A model generated the notes under the pieces. The model was not told the DNA's origin, did not search any database, and worked only from the letters and a program-made list of their open reading frames with translations. A DNA stretch of 13,292 nucleotides, from contig JAVCBY010000092.1 of the NCBI GenBank assembly GCA_037917625.1, positions 1 to 13,292 of the forward strand. The letters are read 5' to 3'. A program made the position numbers and the translations under genes. The first letter of the stretch is position 1, and each line of letters begins with the position of its first letter. The stretch is from Thermoproteota archaeon (GTDB lineage Archaea > Korarchaeota > Korarchaeia > Korarchaeales > Korarchaeaceae). This document shows, piece after piece, positions 7,686 to 13,292 of this stretch.

Positions 7686-8813
7686 ACGGGTAACTTAGAG
7701 CTCGTCTTGAGGAACCTAGCTGAACCCTTGGATGAGTTCGTCATGACATTAGATGAAGTCAAGGAGCTCCTGAACAAGGGAGGTAACGTTTACGTAGGAT
7801 ATGAGCCCTCAGGACCCATACACGTGGGTACCCTCGTGACGGTGAGGAAACTGAGGGATATGATACAAGCTGGCTTCCATTCTATCGCACTGATGGCTGA
7901 CATACACGCAATTCTGAATCTCAAGGGCCCTCAGGATCTGATAAAAGAGGTCTCTATGACTTACTGGAAGACCGTCTTCCACGAGCTAGGGTCTAAGCAG
8001 ATAGAGATAAAGTTGGGGACTGATTTCGAGTTATCTGAGGATTACGTCATGGATCTCCTCACTTTATCGCAGAGAGTCACTGCTAGGAGGGCTTGGAGGG
8101 CTATGACCATGGTAGCGAGAGGGGAGGATCCTCTGGTCTCCCACATGATATATCCTCTGATGCAAGCCCTCGATATACTCTACTTACGCGTGAAGATAGC
8201 TATAGGCGGAACGGATCAGAGGAAGATACACGCCCTGACTAGGGAGGTATTCAGTTCAGATGTCCCCCTCAGGGTAGAGAAGTACGTGCCGACAGCTATA
8301 CACACGCCCTTACTCCCAGGACTCACCGGGGGGAAGATGAGCAGCAGCATACCTAGGTCGCATGTAGCAGTTCACGATCCACCTGAGCTCATAAGGGAGA
8401 AAGTGATGAGCGCATTCTGCCCTCCAGGTAGCGATCAATACGATGAGGATGGGAGGCTCAAGAATCCGATATTAGCTATATTGAAGCATTTCATACTCCC
8501 TGAAGTCGGGAGTATTGTTGTGAAGAGGAGCAGGGCTGTTGGTGGAGGGGAAGTGGAGGTAACGGGCTACGAGCAATTGGAGAGGATGTATATAAATGGA
8601 GAAGTCCATCCGATGGATCTGAAGGAGCTAGTGGCTAACTACTTAATAGAGGAATTCTCTAAGGTTAGGGAGGTATTCGAGAGCGAGAAGGAGTTGATAG
8701 AGCCACTATACAAACTTCAAAAATGGCAGAGGGAGAGGGGTTTGTTCGGGGATGTGGAGTGGAAGGATGTATTGAGGTCCTATAAACCTTATTTAGGGGA
8801 GATTAAGAGCTGA
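7686..8813 (+). CDS. tyrS: Tyrosyl-tRNA synthetase, archaeal type (start uncertain: ACG 7686 or TTG 7707)
   Basis: YVGYEPSGPIHVG (HIGH motif), YPLMQALDI, GGTDQRKIH, GKMSSS (KMSKS motif) and VHPMDLK. Confidence 0.93.
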   Translation, partial: TGNLELVLRNLAEPLDEFVMTLDEVKELLNKGGNVYVGYEPSGPIHVGTLVTVRKLRDMIQAGFHSIALMADIHAILNLKGPQDLIKEVSMTYWKTVFHELGSKQIEIKLGTDFELSEDYVMDLLTLSQRVTARRAWRAMTMVARGEDPLVSHMIYPLMQALDILYLRVKIAIGGTDQRKIHALTREVFSSDVPLRVEKYVPTAIHTPLLPGLTGGKMSSSIPRSHVAVHDPPELIREKVMSAFCPPGSDQYDEDGRLKNPILAILKHFILPEVGSIVVKRSRAVGGGEVEVTGYEQLERMYINGEVHPMDLKELVANYLIEEFSKVREVFESEKELIEPLYKLQKWQRERGLFGDVEWKDVLRSYKPYLGEIKS

Positions 8814-9675
8814 ACCCTATTTTCTCCCCGAGCAGTTTAGCTAGTTGCACTGCCTTCCTCATGAGCAACGGTATAGTCAGATCGCTGACCCAGTTCAACT
8901 TCATTGAGAGGGCTATAGCTCTAGCAGCAGCTCTCTGCACCATAGGAGCTAAAGTATGCCTGTTTATCTCTCCCAACTCTATAGCGAGGTTCAAGGACCT
9001 CATGTGAGCTTCCCTCAATAACCTGAGGATGTCCTCCCTAGTGACTGAGAGCACTTCTGGGGAGTAGAAGAGGCCGCTCTCATCTATAGCTCCGGTCACC
9101 TTGAACCCCACTTTGAGGGGCTTTATGTTCAAGGCCCTGAGTAAGTCAGTTATCTGAGCTGAGGCCCTCTCGCCTTTCTTCAAGAGAGTTACTGTCTCAG
9201 CTATCGCTATTTTTCCTCCTTGTATCTTCGTCGGTATATTCATAGCCCTCAGATCCATCAATATTGGACCCGGAGCTAGATCAGTTGGGCCAGCCGGTAT
9301 CACGACATCCTCCTCAGCTAAATCTCCTGGTTTCATGAATATCTCAGTCTTCCTCTCGGAGAGGAGTCTGTAAGTATCGAAGGGATCCTTCCTACTGAAT
9401 ATGACTACTAAGCTCTGGGGCATCGCATCCGAGAGCTTCCTGAGGCCCCTCCTATCTGAGAGCTCACAAGCTTTCTTGAAGATTGTCTTCTTCATGACGA
9501 AGAACTTGACATCAGGGGAGAGCTCTCTCCTCACTTTCTCAAAATAATTAGCTGGTATCCTCGAGAAGTCTCCGATCATCACAGTCGGGTACTCCTTAAG
9601 GAACCTCAGGAACTTATTTATAGCTTCCTCCTTCCTTATCCTAGCACTACTCTTCCTCACAGTTTCCAGGGACAT
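8803..9675 (-). CDS. rpl10: 50S ribosomal protein L10 (uL10/P0)
   Basis: KPGDLAEEDVVIPAGPTDLAPGP...IPTKIQGGKIAI...LNIKP is the archaeal P0 domain II. Start placed at ATG 9675 after SD GGAGGTGA. Confidence 0.95.
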   Translation of the reverse strand: MSLETVRKSSARIRKEEAINKFLRFLKEYPTVMIGDFSRIPANYFEKVRRELSPDVKFFVMKKTIFKKACELSDRRGLRKLSDAMPQSLVVIFSRKDPFDTYRLLSERKTEIFMKPGDLAEEDVVIPAGPTDLAPGPILMDLRAMNIPTKIQGGKIAIAETVTLLKKGERASAQITDLLRALNIKPLKVGFKVTGAIDESGLFYSPEVLSVTREDILRLLREAHMRSLNLAIELGEINRHTLAPMVQRAAARAIALSMKLNWVSDLTIPLLMRKAVQLAKLLGEKIGFSS

Positions 9676-9677
9676 GC

Positions 9678-10358
9678 TCACCTCCTCCCAGTGGCTATCG
9701 GGAGCTCCTCAGCTGGGCCCATAGTGGTCTTCACGTAGGCCCTAGAGATCTTAGATGGATCCTCGTACTTCCTCTCTATAGTGGAGAGCACAGCCCTTAT
9801 GTTCTCAATTATCTCCTCGGGTCTCATATTCCTAGAACCGACTTTCGTATGTATCACCGGTTGATCCTTCACCCTTATCCTAACGGACCTCCTCAACTTC
9901 TCTATGAGATCCGGGAGTTGGGATACCGCCATGGCAGGCAGATTTATGGGCATCTTATTCCTGGGGCCGAGGACAGGACCTATATATCTCACTATCCTGG
10001 GCAGGATATCTGCTTGAGCTATGAAGAAATCGTACTCATTAGCTAGTTTCTTAAGGGCCCTCTTGTTAGCGGCTATAGCCTCTATCTCCTCTGGCTCAAG
10101 CACTTTATCAGCACCAGCCTCTCTAGCTTTAGAGAGGAACTCTCCCTTACCTATGACAGCTATCTTAGTTTTCCTGTTCTTCGGCGAGTGAGGTAGCTCC
10201 ACTACTTCATTTATCTTAGCGCTAGGATCCCTCTTAAGATCTATTCCCCTTAAGATGACTATCAGATCTACAGCTTCATTGAACCTCCTCTTAGGGCTTC
10301 CCTCCAGGATCTTCTTAATTGCTTTTATGGAATCACCCTCGATGAGTAGCTTGGACAT
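9678..10358 (-). CDS. rpl1: 50S ribosomal protein L1 (uL1)
   Basis: KRRFNEAVDLIVILRGIDLK, YDFFIAQA, LGPRNKMP and YVKTTMGP. ATG 10358 (after GGTGGTTGAT) is preferred over 10379. Confidence 0.96.
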   Translation of the reverse strand: MSKLLIEGDSIKAIKKILEGSPKRRFNEAVDLIVILRGIDLKRDPSAKINEVVELPHSPKNRKTKIAVIGKGEFLSKAREAGADKVLEPEEIEAIAANKRALKKLANEYDFFIAQADILPRIVRYIGPVLGPRNKMPINLPAMAVSQLPDLIEKLRRSVRIRVKDQPVIHTKVGSRNMRPEEIIENIRAVLSTIERKYEDPSKISRAYVKTTMGPAEELPIATGRR

Positions 10359-10359
10359 A

Positions 10360-10842
10360 TCAACCACCCAAAAACTCATCCCAAACTCCTGAATCCACTT
10401 CCCTCTGGACTTCCCTTGGATCCTTACCCTCCACAGTGACGCCCATCGATAGCGCAGTTCCGAGGACCTGCTTCACTACTTGCTTGAGCTCAGGAGCGTT
10501 CGAGTTAGCTAACTTCATCTTAGCTATATTGACGATGGACTCCATCTTCAAATTCCCTATCCTCTTCGATCTAGTATCTGAGGAACCTTTCTCAACTTTA
10601 AGCTCCCTCAATATTAGCATGGAAGTCGGAGGAGTACCCACTCTTATCTCGAATTTCTTAGTCTCAGTATCCACTTCTATCTCCACTGGTACTTTCATCC
10701 CTGAGTAACTGCTCGTCTTCTCATTTATCTCCTTAACTACCTGCCCTATGTTCAGACCGAGCCCCCCTAGAGCTGGTCCAATTGGAGGGCCTGGTGTAGC
10801 TTTACCTCCCTCTATTAGGACTCTCACCACTTTCTTAGGCAA
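10360..10842 (-). CDS. rpl11: 50S ribosomal protein L11 (uL11)
   Basis: [40 protein letters not shown] 10842, 6 nt after GGAGGTG, is the more likely start. The track's GTG 10851 lies inside that SD. Confidence 0.96.
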   Translation of the reverse strand: MPKKVVRVLIEGGKATPGPPIGPALGGLGLNIGQVVKEINEKTSSYSGMKVPVEIEVDTETKKFEIRVGTPPTSMLILRELKVEKGSSDTRSKRIGNLKMESIVNIAKMKLANSNAPELKQVVKQVLGTALSMGVTVEGKDPREVQREVDSGVWDEFLGG

Positions 10843-11314
10843 CTTCTCCACCTCCTTTACCCCTCTCCAGTAGCTTGACGTTGATCACTGGCATCTTCAC
10901 CTCCCAATCCCTATCTATATCTAAGAGCTTTAGAGTCAGCATCTTACTCTTTCCCTCAGGTGTGGCTATTACTACAGCCCTATAGCCCTTGAAATTCCCC
11001 TTAATAATCTTCACTATATCGCCCGGCTCTATCTCTATACCAGCTGTCTCAGAGGATAATATGTCCTCTATCTCCTGCGGGGGCACTGGGCTAGATGAAG
11101 CTAATCTGAGCTTGCTGAGGCCAGCTATGAGCTTCCTAACTTCGTACTCTCTATCAGCTTCCACGAAGAGGTAGTTCTTGAACTTAGGGATGAATATTAT
11201 TGATCTGACTTTGGCTCCCGTAGATGAGACTCTGCTCATGAGGAGCCTCACTATGTTTATCTCCTTCCCAGATATCACCCTCACTGGGAAGAATAAGGAT
11301 GATCTCTGCTCCAT
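10835..11314 (-). CDS. spt5: Transcription elongation factor Spt5 (NusG family)
   Basis: NGN domain (VRVISGKE...YLFVEA) and KOW motif ([21 protein letters not shown]), in the conserved position between secE and rpl11. ATG 11314 is preferred. Confidence 0.92.
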   Translation of the reverse strand: MEQRSSLFFPVRVISGKEINIVRLLMSRVSSTGAKVRSIIFIPKFKNYLFVEADREYEVRKLIAGLSKLRLASSSPVPPQEIEDILSSETAGIEIEPGDIVKIIKGNFKGYRAVVIATPEGKSKMLTLKLLDIDRDWEVKMPVINVKLLERGKGGGEVA

Positions 11315-11315
11315 C

Positions 11316-11498
11316 TCATCCACCCACTATGTATAGAGCTATTAACTGGATCAGAAAACCTATCAGTCCTACTAGTAAGAATCCAGTTATTGTTACCTTG
11401 AAAGTAGCCCAGATCTCATCCCATCTAGGTTTCTCAGCTACTTTCAATGTCTGGGTTATGTAATCGAGCAAACTCTCCTTCCTCTCCTTCTCCGGCAT
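11316..11498 (-). CDS. secE: Protein translocase subunit SecE/Sec61-gamma
   Basis: 60 aa with LKVAEKPRWDE followed by one TM helix (GFLLVGLIGFLIQLI). Synteny with ftsZ and spt5. Confidence 0.92.
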   Translation of the reverse strand: MPEKERKESLLDYITQTLKVAEKPRWDEIWATFKVTITGFLLVGLIGFLIQLIALYIVGG

Positions 11499-11507
11499 CT
11501 CATCCCC

Positions 11508-12562
11508 TCATAACTCATCTATACCGAAGTCGCTCCTCTCCCTGACTTCCCTAGCTATAGGTATTGTTCTCCTCTCCGTAACCCTTAGGGGTGTTTTAAC
11601 AGCTTTCTCAACTTTGGGCTTAGTCACTCTCTCTATATAAGGTTCCCTGAGCTCCCCTTGGAGAGCCGCTTCTACGGCGGGCGACATTACTCCAGTCACC
11701 ACCAATAGAACTTGAACAGAGCCCTTCAGGGACTCATCTATCCTAGCTCCCCAGATTACGTTAGCGTTAGGATCTAATGAACTCACTACAGTCTCAACTA
11801 TCTGCTGCATCTCCTCTAGGGAGAAATCGGGGCCTGAGGTTATGTTGACTATAGCCGCCTTCCCTCCAGATATATCGGCATCTAGCAGAGGGTTGCCTAG
11901 AGCATCGTCAACAGCCTCCATAGCTCTGTTCTCACCATCGCTCTCCCCGAAGGTCAGGACAGCGGGTCCGCCGCTCTCTATAACGTTCCTCAGATCAGCT
12001 AGATCCACGTTAACGAGACCAGGCTTCACGACGAGCTCAACCACTCCTTTAACTGCTCTAGCTACTATCTCATCCGATATGAAGAAGGCTTGGTAGAGAG
12101 GTAGTTCCTTAGCTATCTCCAGGATCCTATCGTTATTCACTACTACTATAGTATCTGAGACAGAAGATAGCTTAGCCAATCCTTTCATAGCTATCTCCCT
12201 CTTCTTCATCCCTTCAGCAGTGAACGGGAGCGTCACTATGGATATTACAGCAGCCCCTACTCTCTTACCTATCTCAGCTATGACAGGAGAAGCTCCAGTC
12301 CCAGTCCCGCCTCCTAAACCTGCCATTATGAATAAGAGATCGCTACCGCTTAAGAAATCCTCTAGCTCATCAGCGCTCTCTCTAGCGGCTTCCTCTCCTA
12401 TATGGGGATCCCCTCCTGACCCATTGCCACCGCATAGTTCCTTGCCTATCAACAGCTTCCTATCCGCAACCGTCACTAGTAAGTGCTGCGCATCAGTATT
12501 CACAGCGACTGTCTCAACTGAGTCTATGCCTATAGCGTTCAACCTAGTTATAGTATTGCTCC
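11508..12562 (-). CDS. ftsZ: Cell division protein FtsZ (FtsZ1-type by synteny), 5'-truncated as assembled
   Basis: AVNTDAQHL, GSGGDPHIGEEAA, tubulin signature AGLGGGTGTG, LPFTAEG, T7 loop GLVNVDLAD, VIWGARID. Homology starts abruptly at SNTITRL, and the preceding VxGxGG(A/G)G loop is absent. Confidence 0.93.
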
Positions 12563-13083
12563 TGACTTCGCTGAGCTCTCTCTCACAACCTGTATGGGAT
12601 CTAGGGATAGATAGAGTGAATTTAGCCTCCACCACTGTGAGACAAGGTGATCTCCTCAAGATAGCTGTCTATATCAGGAATAATGAGGACAAGCCTTTCT
12701 CGGGGATCATAAACGTGACTATGCGTGTAGATAGATCCAGGGTCCCCTCCTCAATGGAGTTCATTTGCATCGGGAACGAGAGTGTATGCCCTTCCAATAT
12801 CCCACCGGGGTTCGGGAGGAAGGATCTGCCGTCTAGAGCCTCTAATTCCTTCGTATTCAACTTAGATACATCTAAGATTCCCCCGGGGAGTCACGAACTC
12901 TCGATAGAAGTGCGGCCCAGGGGTTACTTCGACCCTAAGACAGATGATAACACTTATGTGGTGAGTTTCACTATCGAAGCATCTCAACCCGTGATGAGTT
13001 CCACGGAATTGACATTAGCGATCCCGATAGCATTACTCACACTGCTCCTAATACTGATAATCCTCAAGAGGAGGAGATCTTAA
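12526..13083 (+). CDS. CARDB/Ig-like surface protein with C-terminal membrane anchor (5' end uncertain or truncated)
   Basis: DLGIDRVNL...VRQGDLLKIAVYIRN...PPGSHELSIEV...DPKTDDNTY fits the CARDB pattern. C-terminal TM LAIPIALLTLLLILIIL is followed by KRRRS. The 12220-12525 part of the track ORF is ftsZ antisense. Confidence 0.75.
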   Translation: MPIAFNLVIVLLLTSLSSLSQPVWDLGIDRVNLASTTVRQGDLLKIAVYIRNNEDKPFSGIINVTMRVDRSRVPSSMEFICIGNESVCPSNIPPGFGRKDLPSRASNSFVFNLDTSKIPPGSHELSIEVRPRGYFDPKTDDNTYVVSFTIEASQPVMSSTELTLAIPIALLTLLLILIILKRRRS

Positions 13084-13089
13084 TTTTTT
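13084..13089 (+). terminator. Oligo-T archaeal terminator candidate
   Basis: TTTTTT directly follows the TAA of the CARDB gene, before the convergent tRNA. Confidence 0.4.
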
Positions 13090-13092
13090 GAG

Positions 13093-13165
13093 TGGACCCG
13101 GCGGGACTCGAACCCGCGACCTCCGGCTTGCAAAGCCGGCGCTCTACCGCCTGAGCTACGGGCCC
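13093..13165 (-). tRNA. tRNA-Ala(UGC), intronless, CCA not encoded
   Basis: Reverse complement GGGCCCGTAGCTCAGGCGGTAGAGCGCCGGCTTTGCAAGCCGGAGGTCGCGGGTTCGAGTCCCGCCGGGTCCA, with G3-U70 identity pair, anticodon TGC and discriminator A. Confidence 0.97.
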
Positions 13166-13184
13166 TCGCTCATTAGAATTCCAC

Positions 13185-13199
13185 ATTAAAAAACCTTCG
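13185..13199 (-). promoter_or_regulatory. Candidate BRE/TATA promoter for tRNA-Ala
   Basis: The minus strand reads CGAAGGTTTTTTAAT about 20-34 nt upstream of the tRNA 5' end. Confidence 0.5.
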
Positions 13200-13292
13200 C
13201 AGCGATCCCCGGGGAACATTCACTAAATGCATTTCTAATAAATTCGCTTAAAATTTAAATTTTAAAGTTTTTGAGCAAGCCGATGGAGGGGA

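Noticed and set aside
12220..12525. N-terminal 102 codons of the 287-aa plus-strand ORF
   Set aside because: It is the antisense shadow of conserved ftsZ sequence, giving a Ser/Pro-rich non-protein-like translation.
12563..12659. Track-predicted N-terminus of FtsZ (MRRSPCLTVV...)
   Set aside because: No FtsZ similarity. It is the antisense of the CARDB coding region.
9849..12860. Antisense ORFs within rpl1, rpl11, spt5, ftsZ and the CARDB gene (9849..10046, 10436..10708, 10989..11174, 11842..12096, 12669..12860)
   Set aside because: Shadow ORFs of conserved genes.
1..13292. CRISPR array, IS element, integrase or tRNA introns
   Set aside because: No regularly spaced repeats, no transposase or integrase motifs, and both tRNAs fold without introns.

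Overview
Archaeal window, probably from a thermophile. The gene order and composition look Korarchaeota-like, but that is an inference. The left part (1-~6700) is more AT-rich accessory DNA carrying a restriction-like defence operon: the C-terminal DUF3883 nuclease part of an SNF2-type helicase gene, a DUF1156 adenine methyltransferase and a DUF499 ATPase, followed by an unannotated 40-aa Cys3His micro-ORF. The right part is core genome: tRNA-Gln(UUG), a Mut7-C/PIN RNase, a candidate box C/D sRNA and tyrS on the + strand; the conserved ftsZ-secE-spt5-rpl11-rpl1-rpl10 cluster on the - strand; then a CARDB-like membrane-anchored protein and tRNA-Ala(UGC). Two head-to-head junctions break genes. 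At ~124-129 an internal piece of the helicase gene appears inverted. At ~12560 ftsZ loses its N-terminal GTP-binding loop and abuts a divergent gene. These are either real rearrangements or amplification/assembly chimeras, and the sequence alone cannot decide which. All family assignments come from motif recognition by eye, not database searches.
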